Source: Octopus bimaculoides
Taxonomy: Eukaryota
Reading direction: 5' to 3'
NCBI RefSeq assembly: GCF_001194135.2
Contig: NC_068992.1
Location: 6,823,517 to 6,887,516, forward strand
DNA length: 64,000 nt
Both the position numbers and the translations under genes were made by a program. The notes beneath the pieces were generated by a model. That model was not told where the DNA came from, made no database searches, and was given only the letters and a program-made list of their open reading frames with translations. Of the stretch, positions 50,509 through 64,000 are shown piece after piece; position 1 is the first letter of the stretch, and each line of letters begins with the position of its first letter.

Positions 50509-52397
50509 GGAGGGTGGGTGGATATGAGCATGTGTATGTTTAATTAAATTGAAAATGGAATAGAAATTGTTGTAGAAGTTTGTTGTTTATAATTCCACAA
50601 TGACCTGTCTTAATTTAACATAACTATCTACTTAATTATATTTCATTTCTGCCTGTCTCTTTACTTCAACCATCTCCTTTAATATTGCTGTGAGTATTTG
50701 AAATTTAGCACTAATTACTTTTGCATCATATTAATTATCTTAGTATGTCTCGTTGACTGGATAGATACTTCAGTGTACTATTTTGCAAATTCTTTTTATA
50801 GTTCTCTTTCTTCTCTATCCACTGTCCATCCATTGTATAGCACTGAAGAGAAAAATTCATGAATGTCTCTTCCAAAAATATCTACAGCTATAAGTAGTGA
50901 GAAACTTTGAGTGTAAATTGTTATACTGTAGTTTAAAAAAATATATATAATGGAAAAAGGAAAAACGTCGATGACTTGACATGAATTATGGAGTAGGTAT
51001 GTTAGAGCGAAGTGCTTACTCATCAACAGACTCTTCACTTTGAAGTAGGCTCTCTTCAGTTTGTAACAATTGAATGTTGTTCTTTGTCTAATGAAATAAA
51101 GCTGTTTGCTAATTCAGCAGTATGGCAAATTATCGATACAACCACCTAACTAAACAAGTAACTAATATGCTAATATAACAGCTATTTCACCAATATGGAC
51201 ACACCACCTGCTAGAAATAGCAGCCAAATCTCCCTAAAATCATTAAGTGCCATTTCAAAAAGAAGGAAAATGAGTATGTGATGTCAACCTAGATAAAAAG
51301 CAATTTGTTTATTTTCTTGCTTCCTAGAACATGGATCTTTGTAAGTTAATTTTAAGGCCCTTTGATTCCATGCTTTGCTTCCACACCTGAATTTCTTTCT
51401 CTAATTCTACTGCAGATTCAGGTGGGTTTTCAGCATAAAGGAGCTCTTATTGGCAGCTTACATTAAGATCTTCTGCTTTGGTCAGAGGCGGGGGGAGCAA
51501 TGATAAATAGGAGGAGACTGAAAATCAAATCCCAGTGAACTTTTATCTGCACATTAAATTTATTGCTGTAGTTGTTGCTAGCTCACACAAGTCATTTGTC
51601 TCCTCCCAATTTCTGCAGCAACCACCCAATCAGCTACAGAGAGATGTTGTTGAAGGCCTTCTCTAAGTAACTATGAGCTAAATATATATATATATGTGTG
51701 TGTGTGTGTGTTATATATGTATTTTAACACATGGTTACTGGCATGAAAAATCAAACAGTCAAAGATTTAACCTCAGTAAAACAAATTAACATAGAACTGC
51801 TCTCATAGAAATCTAATTGTCACCAAATATAAGCAACTATTGAAAATGAGGCTCTGAAGAACTAAAAATATCAAATATAAATTTAGCAACTTTATGGTTC
51901 AATACTAACTGTAAAAAGCTAATGTGCAAATAATGGAAAAATTTAAATAAAGATAATAAAGCTTGAACATAGACATGTATTTAATGAAACATATTTATAT
52001 ATTGTTGCTATTATGCAAAAGTGTCATAAGTCCAAAATGTTGCTTTTTCAGAAAATGAAAAAATAGTTTCACAATTCCATTTCTTTTTACATTAGCAACA
52101 GTTTCAGCTTCACAATGATACTTTGTTGGGTGCATACAATCATAACTCCATGCATGTATGATATTTTCAGTAAGAAATATTTTTGCAAAACTGTTGTGGG
52201 GCTTACTACACTTCTGGAAAATGCTAAATCGGTGTACTACACTTTGACAATTTTCATCGGAAGCAGCTGGAAATACAATAGTTTGACCAAAAGAACCGGC
52301 TATTGGAAGTAAAATTAAATATTGAATAAAATGCATTTGGCCAAATTTGGACTTAGAACAATTTAACATAAAAGCAACGATATGTATTTATGAATAT

Positions 52398-52469
52398 ATC
52401 ATCATCATAATACATCCGCTTTCACTGCTGGCATGGGTTGGACGGTTTGACTGAGGACTGGCAAGCCAC
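52398..52469 (-). mobile_element. Short retroposon family C, short 3' fragment
   Basis: catcatcat...catccgctttcactgctggcatgggttggacggtttgactgaggactgg is the reverse complement of the family C tail. Confidence 0.85.
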
Positions 52470-52839
52470 ATATACATATACATACTTATGAATATATATT
52501 TATATATATTTATGGTTATATATTTATGCATATTCATATACGTATCATGAATACTCAATACAGAAAAGTTTATTGCAAAGCACAAATTTTGTACGAGTAG
52601 TATCTGTCATTAGTAAAGATTTCATTTAGGAAACCTTCAATCCATTGCCAACTATCTGCCTTTTCTCATTTACTGTCTTCTTTATCATATTTTGATTAGC
52701 TGTTATTATCTGAAGGCAAATCTATGCTTATGGGTCAGATATCATTTGAAATATGCATATTTCAGTGAATGAACATTTTATTAAATAGATTGCTTTCGAC
52801 ATACACTCATATGATTAAATGTGTATGCTTCTGTGTGTG

Positions 52840-53565
52840 TTTATATATATATATGTATATAGTATATATAGTATATACTATATATATGTATATAGTATGT
52901 ATGTATATNNNNNNNNNNNNNNNNNNNNNNNNNNNNNNNNNNNNNNNNNNNNNNNNNNNNNNNNNNNNNNNNNNNNNNNNNNNNNNNNNNNNNNNNNNNN
53001 NNNNNNNNNNNNNNNNNNNNNNNNNNNNNNNNNNNNNNNNNNNNNNNNNNNNNNNNNNNNNNNNNNNNNNNNNNNNNNNNNNNNNNNNNNNNNNNNNNNN
53101 NNNNNNNNNNNNNNNNNNNNNNNNNNNNNNNNNNNNNNNNNNNNNNNNNNNNNNNNNNNNNNNNNNNNNNNNNNNNNNNNNNNNNNNNNNNNNNNNNNNN
53201 NNNNNNNNNNNNNNNNNNNNNNNNNNNNNNNNNNNNNNNNNNNNNNNNNNNNNNNNNNNNNNNNNNNNNNNNNNNNNNNNNNNNNNNNNNNNNNNNNNNN
53301 NNNNNNNNNNNNNNNNNNNNNNNNNNNNNNNNNNNNNNNNNNNNNNNNNNNNNNNNNNNNNNNNNNNNNNNNNNNNNNNNNNNNNNNNNNNNNNNNNNNN
53401 NNNNNNNNNNNNNNNNNNNNNNNNNNNNATATATATATATATATATGTATTTATATATGTATGTGTGTATATATATGTCTCTATATATGTATATATATAT
53501 GTATCTATGTATGTATGTATCTATATATGTATATATATATATGTATGTATATTATATGTATGTAT
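52840..53565 (+). repeat. (AT)n/(ATGT)n microsatellite block around an N-gap
   Basis: Read directly. This explains the long X-containing ORFs. Confidence 0.95.
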
Positions 53566-53569
53566 ATTG

Positions 53570-53988
53570 TTGGCACTCCGTCGAGGGTTCCAGTCGATCC
53601 AATCAGAATAGCCTGCTCGTGAAATTAACATGCAAGTGGCTGAGCACTCCACAGACACGTGTACCCTTAACGTAGTTCTCGGGAATATTCAGCGTGACAC
53701 AGTGTGAAAAGGCTGGCCCTTTGAATTACAGGCACAACAGGGACAGGACGTAAAAGTGATAGAAAGTTGTGGTGAAAGAGTACCGCAGGGTTTGCCACCA
53801 TCCCCTGCCGGAGCCTCGTGGAACATTAGGTGTTTTTGCTCAATAAACACTCANNNNNNNNNNGGAGCCTCGTGGAACATTAGGTGTTTTTGCTCAATAA
53901 ACACTCACAATACCCAGTCTGGGAATCGAAATCGCGATCCTATGACCACGGGTCCGCTGCCCTAACTACTGGGCCATTACACCTCTAC
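53570..53988 (-). mobile_element. tRNA-headed SINE family B, near full length
   Basis: The reverse complement has the head gtagaggtgtaatggcccagtagttagggcagcggac...cgcgatttcgattcccagactggg. CpG-rich body, with a tail shared with 505-815 and 21905-22195. Confidence 0.85.
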
Positions 53989-55276
53989 TGCCTTTGGTCG
54001 TAGCTCTACTAACCAGCAACTAAACAACAACAGCTTTTCTCGGAGTAGTTAGAATGTAGTCTTGACAGCAGAGATGTGTTAGAGACTGTGAGAAAGAGAC
54101 CAAGACGCATGCTAATAGGAGGTGATGGTTAGCATCAAGTCTGATGAATATTAGTGTAGAAGAGGGAGAATTGGCAAGCAGGAGATTATTTTATACAATA
54201 TGTCTAATATTGTGATGAACTACCAAACCTTCCAACATTTTGTTATTAACTTTCTGTCATCATATCTCATTCTTTTAGAAGGTTATGATGACAGTAAGTT
54301 GGTAATAAATATTGCTGTTTTTTACATTTTTTTTTTTTAGGTTCAAACAATTCTTGATTATTTTTCTTAAGTATGTTTGTGTGTGTATATATATATAAAT
54401 AATTTTATGAAAAGCGACTTCAAAGTTTCACCAGGAGTTGGCCTTGACAGACTGCCAGTCTGTTGAGGCAAACTACTGGCAAAATTTTGATGTCACTGTC
54501 AATAAAGTTATTAAAAACTGATTCTGCACTTGTAGTCAGTCTTTTCTTTACTTAATGTTCTTTGTAGCACAAAAACAACCTTCCAACTCATACTTGCATA
54601 GAAAAGTGGACCAGAAAGACAATGCTGATGATGATGAGGAGGATATAGGTTGCAGACAGCAGCAGAAAGCGTTGTTGTACAGGGAAACTAGCCTCACCAT
54701 CAAGCAAAAAGTCTTGTGTACAATTGTTATGTTCCTCTTATAAACCTGTTATGTTCCTCTTATAAACTTTTATAAGAACATGTGAGACAGCTAAATATTT
54801 TCTAGATTATATGTTTCTGTCTGTCCACTTCATCCACTAATATTATAAGTTCCTTCACACCAACGTGCTTCTGCAAGTCAAAATTTCAGTTCTGTTTGAC
54901 CTCTTGTAAAAGTCTTAGATAACATGCACTGGACATGTCATTCACATGTTAGACCAGTACATGTGTGTGGACATGTGCATGTGTGTGTGTGTGTATGCAT
55001 GTGCACATATGCATACATGCGTAGCATAGCTATATCTACATCATTGAGTCACAGAAATTCATTTTGGAAATTGACAGAAAGTTAGTTATATTAAGCAATG
55101 AAGGCATTCTATAGAGAGCCAACTCATGACCACTTAGCAAAACCATCACAGAATGTTAATTAAAGCTAGCAGGTTACATACTCCAGCTGCCATAACACTG
55201 ACATTCTAAAACAACTTTCTAATAGACATGACTGGTGGAACAAAGAAAGAAAAGACTGAAAACTACATAGTATGTA

Positions 55277-55319
<43 letters not shown>

Positions 55320-55320
<1 letters not shown>

Positions 55321-55535
55321 TGTTTGTGTTTGTCCCCCTAGCATTGTTTGACAACCGATGCTGGTGTGTTTATGTTCCCGTCACTTAGCGGTTCGGCAAA
55401 AGTTACCGATAGGATAAGTACTAGGCTTACAAAGAATAAGTCCCGGGGTCGGTTTGCTCGACTAAAAGTGGTGCTCCAGCATGGTCACAGTCAAATGACT
55501 GAAACAGGTAAGAGAGTAAAGAGAGTAAGAGGGTA
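55320..55535 (+). mobile_element. SINE family A, 3' half, following (AT)n
   Basis: gtgtttgtccccctagcattgtttgacaaccgatgctgg...ccagcatggtcacagtcaaatgactgaaacaggtaagagagtaaagagagtaag. Confidence 0.85.
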
Positions 55536-58500
55536 CAGAACTTTCATAACTAATGTCAAAGCAACCGATATTTGATGGCAGAGAAAAACCACAGCCAGCA
55601 GAATCCAGTCATTATTTTGCCACCTAATGTATTCAAGAGCACAAGAGGAACTTATACTGACACATATACATGTGTATATATGTATATATTTTCTTTATTT
55701 CCTTTATGTGTTCTAGCCAAAGGTTGTGGCTGTCTGTAAGCTGTTGCAATGTCTTAACAACTTTGTGTGTTCTAACTCAATCTGTTGTTTTATTATTATA
55801 TCCCACACACACACACACACACAAACCTGAAAAAGTTGTAAAAAAATGTTTGCTTATTTCCTTGGTTTGCTTAAAATTTTACCCAAGCATTACAATCTGA
55901 GGTACAAATGGATTCTCTGATTTTTGTTTCTATTTAATTTACCATAGGAAAATATTAAATCAATTTCATAATGCATAGAAAGAGAGAAAAATCTCAAATT
56001 CAATGGAATAAACAATTAGTTTAATTGAATATTTTCTCTATGAATTCTGAATGATATATTTTTATGCATGAGAGTCTTTTATTCACATGAAAAGAAAATT
56101 ATACGACATACAGAAACTAAATTATATATTGCACAAAATTTTGCCATGAGGGACTTTGAGAATTGAGGATAAGAATACATTTTGAGAAGTGATTCTCATC
56201 AAAATTAAAGAAACTTTTAACACAGAATTTTCTCTCTGCTAATGAATAATAGCAAGAGGAGAATTGAAATTGGATATGTAAAGCATTATCTTATACTAAT
56301 ATCTGATTATAGAATAGGCAAATTACTGTCTGTTAGCTTTCTGTTGATATCAAAGACATTGAAAAGTTGCTGTTATCCTTCAAATTGGTTTTAAGAACAA
56401 GAAAATTTGTCTGTCTATGTCGGCATCAGTTTGATACATCTATTGCTGAATTCTTTTCTCTTCAACTGTCTAAGCACTTGGTTATTTTTGTCTAATCTCT
56501 TCAGATCATAACATAGTTGAAATCTGTTTTCTTTTATTTTATTTCATTTGTTTTGTTTTCTGTATATCATTAGTTATTTATCTGTAAGTTTCACTATTCA
56601 TTTTTACAGTATTTATTTTCATTTCTTATATAAATGCTTTTTATTATTGTCATACTACATTTTACACTCCTCATCATTATCATGTTTCCTCCTCCTCCAC
56701 CTCCTCATCATCATCCCCATCATAGCCCTTGATTGCTGAAGAGTCATCGAGGGTAACCCATGCCAGCATAGAAAATTGATGTTAAATGATGATGGGGATG
56801 AATCAGTTAATGAACATATGAAATTCTCATTGTTCTTCTCTCAGACTGAAATGTTACTGAAACATTGTTACTGCCACTAACACCATTCATTTGCATGCGG
56901 ACATATATAAATACATGTACACACATATATACACCCTCAACACACACATGTACCAATTAACACCTATTTTCTCATGTTGGATGGGTTTGAAGAAACTTCA
57001 GAAAGGCAATTTTTCTATGGCTGGATATTCTTTCTTTGACCAACTGTTACTTATTTTTCAAGTTATTTATTCTTTTCATTTGACCAGTCACCATACTTTT
57101 GCAGAATCACAGAGCATTTGTTCACTGCAAAAAATATTACTGTCATCATCTTTCTCTTTGCCAGTACTAATGATGACACATTGAAATGATATATAAAAAA
57201 TTAAACACATACACACACACTTATATGTAAACATATACCAAGCTTCCTCACAGTTTCCATCTACCAAGCATACACTAAAGTCTTAAGAAATATAATAGGA
57301 CATTATACAGTGTACCCTTAGGTATAAGATATTTGAAAAGACAAAATGATGGGGAAGTTGTAGCCCTGAAAATTTATCTTCCACCATTTTACATTCTTAA
57401 CCTCATGAAAAATTTTTTATGAAGGGTATAGATCATTAATATAATGGTTTTCATTATTTAAATATTTAGCATAAGGAAATACTTAAATTGAATAGAGTAC
57501 TGACAGATGCAAAGTTAAAAGCTAGAGTTTTCATTGGATCTGTAGTGTCTTCTTTCCTGCCCTTAAATTGAGATGGAACATAGAGTATAGACACCTGTTG
57601 CTGCAGTTTTTAAAAGTTACATCTACATGCAACCACGCCAGTGAAAGCATGTTAGTATTGAGTTGTTATTGGCAAAATGTGAATTCCAGTTGTGATGGGA
57701 AACTTTGTTGTAGTCTCTTCCTGTGTCATTTGTGGAATGAGATGTTGTCAATTTGCAGGAACCAACAGTAATCATTCATATTTCAGTTGAAGCTCCTGGT
57801 ATATTTGCTTTCCATAATGGAGATCTGGTAATTGAAATCCTCACCAATCTTCATCTTTACAACCCAAAAGAAAGTTGGAAGGAAAATGTCAAAATGTGAA
57901 TTAAAAAATGCATTTTAAGAGATATTCTACATACCTTTCTTTCATAAGAATGCAACATAGTATTTACCAGTCCACAGTAGTTTTCAGCTCTGTGGTTTCC
58001 AAGAAAATTTTTATGATCTTTCTTCTATCCCACTTAGTTTAGCAGCAGGAAATGATGCTACAGATCTCCAGCTTTTAACTTTGCAATATGGTTGCTACAT
58101 TTACCAGATCCAGTTACTGAATAGAGGTTCCCTAATTAGCTCAAACTGTAAGCTGATCATTGATAAAGGCTGTGAATTGTCAGAAGCAGCAGAACATTAG
58201 TGAAATTGCTTTGTGTTATTTAGTTATGCCCCATTACATTTTGAGTTCAGATATCTCCACACTCAATTTATTTTTCATTATCTGATGTCAAGAAATTTGA
58301 GGATTTGTGCCTATCTTAAGATTCAATATAGCAACAAAATTTCATCATGGAAATTAGATATTTGCAAATTTTTGTAAAGTTAAAATTCTTCTGTCTTTGT
58401 AATAAAATGTTAGAGAGATAATAAAAAAAATTCTTTCTTTTTGAATACAAATAAATTATTATCTGAGTTGCAAACCATCATAAAACAAGCTGACTCAGCT

Positions 58501-59221
58501 TTGAGATCAGATGAAGACAATAAGATCTTTTTCTATGGTAATTATGAATATATTTTGAAAAATTGTCTTCTCCACTTCTCACACATTCCACAAATAGACA
58601 ATACAATGGCAGTTATACTGTAGCTGCTCAGAAACCATCTTAAAAGAAACAACTGACACTTTTGAAAGTCAATTTTGAGTACGGCAATCCCATAATTTTA
58701 AGTTGTAGACTTAATATCTATCTATGCTTGGTGTAACACACAATCTGGCCCTCTTCTTTAGTGGAGTCCATGCTTTTACAAACATTTGAGGTAACGTTTT
58801 GGTCTAAGGATAACTTCTTCCTTCCATCTGTCTCTGAGTCCTTGAAAATAACTTAAGCACAATCCTTTTCTGCTCTGATTCAGACCAAAAAGAAAAAAGA
58901 AAACGAAAATTAAAAACTGACATGTCTGTCATATAATGCTCCATGCTCCCTTCGAGTTGGCAAAAGAAAGACAATGGGATTACAAAACTAAGAAAAGTTT
59001 ACTATGTTCCATAACAAAACCACATGTCATAAATCTGCCCTGAAGAACAACAATGTCTGTCTGCCAAGAATTGGACTAATTAGCAATGCAATCACAAGAC
59101 ACAAGCAACAAAGATTTTACATTACATAAAATAACAACTTGGGGGATGTCTAACTTGTTAATGAAGGATTCCAAGGGTATGCTACATTTACACATATGCA
59201 AACATATATTATACTTATGTC

Positions 59222-59289
<68 letters not shown>

Positions 59290-59343
59290 TGTATATTTAC
59301 ATATATCGGTATGTAAACGCATTTCTGTCTCTCTATTAATCTC

Positions 59344-59396
<53 letters not shown>

Positions 59397-59739
59397 TCAT
59401 ACATACACACATGCTTAAATAGACATAAAAGAATATCAAACATTAAAATCAGTAATTTAAGAGAAAATACCACAAGCTGCTTGGCCGATCTCAAACCATA
59501 TACCTACTGATTGTAGCATAGTGAGCTTAACTAATTGGAGAGAGAGAAGACTTGTATTTTCAAATGTTTATCTGCTATTGAATTGTATTTCTCAGTCTTC
59601 ACAATTAGCTCACTGTGTGTGTGTATTAAAGCATACAGTATTATAAATCTATTTACATCAATCTTATCAATTGGTTTCACACTAGGTATTAAATGACCAG
59701 ATATCAGATAACAGGACAGTTAACTAACACTATGTGCTC

Positions 59740-59935
59740 TTCAGAGATGGCAGGCATAGAAAAAATAGGGAGACTACTGTCTGTTATTGGAAGTGAAAAA
59801 CCGTCACATCTGGTTTATGAATATTGTGCAAAAACTGAGATGAAGTCACTGGAGACAAATGAACAAAGAATTTATCAAGAATTATGTCCCTTGGCCACAA
59901 AGTATCTGAGATGGCTGTAATGCAGCAGGAGTCTA
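59740..59935 (+). mobile_element. Highly diverged L1/Tx1 ORF2 3' fragment
   Basis: IYQELCPLATKYLRWL aligns with IFIILVAMAKECVWWM of the 31670-32790 element. Nucleotide anchors actactg, tgaatattgt, aatgaa and gtctag occur in the same order. Confidence 0.5.
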
Positions 59936-60187
59936 GTGGGTGGAAATATATGCAGAACATGGGAGTTTAAGAGTTTGGTATGTGTGTAGGGTTGGTAGAC
60001 ATGTAAGGGTTTGTTCATTTTTTATGGTGGGGTACCCAAATCTTTCAGCTCATATATGTTGACTTGTGTGTTTCAAAGATTTTGCTAGGGTCTCAGGATA
60101 CTTAACTATATACATTCACAATCTCACCCTATGGAATCTAGAGTTAGAATGGGACCAGAAAATTTAAGTAACTCTTGTCTCTTTCCA

Positions 60188-60588
60188 AGCGTGACGTTGC
60201 ATGGTAGCAAAACACAGGCAATGAATTTAGAAAATGTGTAAAGGCTGGAAATGAAGTGAAGCAATCACGCTGCTGTTGTGTAAGATTTGTGTGCTGAAGG
60301 AAGACCATAGTGTAATCTGGTGTAATGCAGAAAAGTGATAATTTAGCTGGCAAGAGACATATGATACGTATGGAAAAGGATTTTATCATGCACTCTTAAA
60401 GGAAGAAGGTGTGAAAGAAGATGAAGCAAATCAAGGGGAGAACCAGCAGAAGCTGATCTGATGTGGTTGAACTTCATAATGGAGATGACAAAATATCACA
60501 AGCGACAAGACAGTATTCTGGAGAAGACATGTTTAACCCATGCAAGTTTGAAGAAGTAGACATAAATATCAAGCTCATATTGATGATG
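60188..60588 (+). mobile_element. RTE-clade LINE 3' fragment, degraded
   Basis: Peptides SVTLHGSKTQAMNLENV*RLE (MLHGSETWA..ED.RRLE-like), RHMIRMEKD (GHVMRMDED-like) and ADLMWLNFIMEMTK...ILEKTCLTHAS, then acccatgcaagtttgaagaagtagacataaa...tgatgatg. Confidence 0.75.
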
Positions 60589-61022
60589 TATAAATGCTCC
60601 TTGTGTGTGTGTGTGTGTGATATTTACACATGTATATACATGTAAATGCACTTTAGTCTTGTATTGGTTTCAGTCACTGGACTGAGGCCATGCTAGAACG
60701 TTGCTTTGAAACATTTTAGCTGAACATATCAACTCCACTGGTTATTTCAGTCTGATACTTACATTATGAATCACTATTAATGAATGACTATTATCTTTTT
60801 TGACATAAAGGAACTGAACTCACACATGTTTCTATCAGTATAGACAAACATGACACATGAACATATATACATAAATGCATGGATACATACACATACACAC
60901 TGGGCTTTCACAGTTTCATAAACCAAATATTAATCCCAGAGCAATAGTCATCAAAGAGTATGGCAGACGATTACTTTGTCAAGCAAACTTCTTAAACATA
61001 TGTGCCTACATGTGTGTTAGTA

Positions 61023-61079
<57 letters not shown>

Positions 61080-61377
61080 GATAGATAAATATCATCACCA
61101 TCAATGTTTTAACATCTGCTTTTCCATGCTTGCATAGACCAGAGGGAATTCATTGATGTAGATTTTCTATGGTCAAATGCTCTTTTTGTCACCAATCTTT
61201 CCAAGTAATGTAATACTTCTCCATGGCTGAATATGTTTTTTACAGAAGATCAGAAACAAAGTACACTACATCCATAATAATGATGTTTGCTTTACAACTG
61301 TAAAGATGGGGAGAGATAACACACACACACACACACATACACACCCATACAAACACACATGCACATACATATGCAAG

Positions 61378-61560
61378 TTGCAGGCAAGGCTGTGTGGTAA
61401 GAAATTAGCTTCCCAACCACATGGTTCTGGGTTCAGTCAAGTGTCTTCTACTATAGCCTTGGGCCTTGTGAGTGGATTTGGGAGATGGAAACTGAAACGA
61501 AACACAGAAATGTATATATCTGTGTGTCTTTGTCCTCCACCACCACTTGACAACTAGTGT
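61378..61560 (+). mobile_element. SINE family A with internal deletions
   Basis: gcaggcaaggctgtgtggtaagaaattagcttcccaaccacatggttctgggttcagtc...gtgagtggatttgg...tttgtcctccaccaccacttgacaac. Confidence 0.8.
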
Positions 61561-64000
61561 TATCACTCAGGCTTAAAAGAATATGTCCTGGGTTTCAAGT
61601 CATTTTACTAGAAATTCTTCAAAGATGTGTGAAGGTTATGATTGACACTGTTAGTAGCAATATCATCAAGATAGTCTTAAGTTATAGATTCCTGTATGAT
61701 TGTTTTTTTTCTTTTAAGTTTCCAAGATAACTGCAACAAGTACTGCATGGAAAATAATATCCAGCAAAATTTCCCCGTATCTAATACTTCTCCTGATGCC
61801 CACAGATCTTCTTGTGCTAACATTAGTTTTGAAAAGGTTGTGAATCTTCATATCAAGATTTAAAGAGAATAATGTAATCCTTTTAGACAAAGTTGCCCTC
61901 TAAGACTTTACAAATGAAAGGTGTATGCTATGAAAAGCCTTGGTAACTGAATTATTGAATTCAAATTATTTTTCAATAATTTTCTGCAATGAAAACAATT
62001 GTTCCATTGTGTCTCTCCCTTTAGACTTTAATGAGATTAAAATTCTCTAAATTCTCTATTTCTATTCCATTTATATCTATTTTCTCCCATACAATATCCC
62101 CTTTTCTATAATTTCTTGAAAGATTTAAAGGGCCCTTTAGAATATTTTTAACTATAAATAAACATGTACAGTTTTGAAATTTTCTTCAATTTATAAAAGC
62201 AGAGAAATTTCCAGAAGCATTATTTATAGATTCATATTCCACTTCAAAGAACTTTTCTATGTAAACTTTTTACTGTCTTAGTTTCTGAAAATTAAACAGC
62301 AATAAAACAAAACTTACACAGGAATCAAACAAATAAGACAAAAATCTCCGAAGAACTAAAGAGATCTTTCATATTGGTACGGTTTATTTAAAAAGAAAAA
62401 AAATCAAACTGCTCTGTTAAATATTACATTCCTGTTGGATATAAATATCTTACATTTTAGGCTCCAGCCCTCTCTGTGTAGGAAGGAGATTCTCCTGCTA
62501 CAAGTATTGGTTTCATTGTGAAACATAACCTAGCCATCTGTGTTTTTACTTATATTTTGTAATGTGTGAATTTTTTCAGAGGTTTCAATTCCACTGTATA
62601 TTTTCTAAGTAGACAATTGTCGTTACACTAACCATTATTTTATGTCTTATGGAGTGTTTGTTATGAGAAGTTTATCCGTCAGATACAAACCTGCGAGAAT
62701 CTATTAGACCCTGCTGATATGGGTTTTTAAATACTTAATCTTGTCTTTATTTATTTGTTTTATATTTATCCTAAATTAAAATAAAAAAAACCAACAGATG
62801 TTAAATTAAAAGGTGAAGAAAACAATAATGTAAATTATTCTAATAAAATAAGATTTGTAGATACATAATAGTTTCTCCTTAAACTTTTGTTCTTGTATTA
62901 TAATATAGGACTCTAATAATACAGGACTCTTTGTTCCTATATTAAAGAATATTGGGTATTATTTTTCATGTTTGAATTAAATCATTATATAGAATCTAAC
63001 AACTGTGTTTCGATGAGACTATTATATATTATTGAAAATTCTGAAGATTGAATTAAATCATTACATCAAAGAATTTTATGTTTCTAATGAAATTATTGTG
63101 CAAAGGTAAAGATTGTTGGGTTTTAATAAAAATTATTGAAAAAGTTTCATAAAAATATTTCTTTGAAAGGAAAAGAAAATTGCAAGAGAAATTTGATTCC
63201 TACAAAATGAATTTTTCCCATATCAAACAAATAATTCCCTCCACCATCCCTGTCTACCTCTCCTTCAAAAATGAAAATGCAAAAAGAAAAGAATGAAAAC
63301 CTTTTACTATTCTGAAATATGCTATTGAAAAGATATTTTATAAATGTATTGTACATCACTTCAGTCAAATGTTACACTTCTCCACTCAAGTTAACCTTAC
63401 TTTAATACTGTTACACAAAAACATTCTGCATCCTACCATCATTTCAGATTATTTCTCTCATAAGAAATTACTTCAAAACAGTTTCTGTTGACAATCTTAG
63501 AAGGTTGTTGATAGTTGCAGGAAGTTTTATTTTTGATATTCATATGTGAATTTTCTATTTTATCAAATTGTATTTAATTCAATTAAAGAAAAAAGAAAAA
63601 AAATACAAACCTGCGTGAAATAGAATGTTTATTTCTTGTTCTATAATTTCAGTTCATGTCTACAATAGATTAGAGAAATATAAATTAAACCTAGTACTTG
63701 TGACTGGTCCTTTATTTTATCAATTGTAGAAGGGTGAAAAACAAAGTGACTTTTAGTGGGGATTTGAAATCAGAACATGGTGGACCATAAGGTTCATTGC
63801 TCAATGCATCTAACAAATTAGACAGTTACTCTTCATTGTTTAGCTTTTGGTCATACTTGATCAAGTATATACTATATTAAAAAGCATTGCAGTTTTGGGG
63901 GTTTTTTTCTCTTGCAGGGCTCAGTGTATTTAGAATTATATAAAAATGTTTATTTTATTGTCACATAGCAAATATTAGGGTGTTTTAATTTTAAATGTCT

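Noticed and set aside
51445-51635. Two CCAAT-like motifs and a GC-box-like gaggcggggg suggesting a promoter
   Set aside because: Short motifs only, with no CpG island and no downstream first exon identified.
53810-53907. Duplication ggagcctcgtggaac...aaacactca around 10 Ns
   Set aside because: Same assembly artefact inside a SINE.
59693-59920. ORF with kinase-like RLLSV...P..LVYEY motif
   Set aside because: No other kinase subdomains are present, and the segment aligns better with the L1/Tx1 ORF2 tail at 31670-32790.

Overview
Very AT-rich eukaryotic genomic DNA from a gapped draft assembly. The SINE, RTE and MITE landscape and the microsatellite density match what I recall for octopod cephalopods (Octopus); this is an inference, not a database result. 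I could not identify any host protein-coding gene, rRNA, true tRNA gene or CRISPR array with confidence. Most ORFs in the track are artefacts of microsatellites, N-gaps or repeats. Supportable features are: (1) decayed autonomous-type elements, namely an internally deleted mariner with both TIRs (9259-10142), a 5'-truncated L1/Tx1 ORF2 3' end with a CCHC zinc finger (about 31670-32790, minus), a very old pogo/Tigger transposase (about 47500-48540, minus), an RTE LINE 3' fragment (60188-60588) and older L1-like scraps; (2) at least four short retroposon families, one of which shares its 3' end with the RTE LINE in this window; (3) several MITE or foldback families (mariner-derived, TA-flanked palindromic, long-TIR, TTAA-ended); (4) many microsatellites. 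The observations most worth following up are two isolated GC-richer hairpins (30455-30498 and 40381-40492, the second overlapping a GTGAGT donor-like site), an inverted SINE-head pair that could form dsRNA, a 200-bp segment that looks like an exon on both strands, a cluster of Forkhead-like motifs, and the tight coupling of SINEs to microsatellites. I found no convincing novel biological system.
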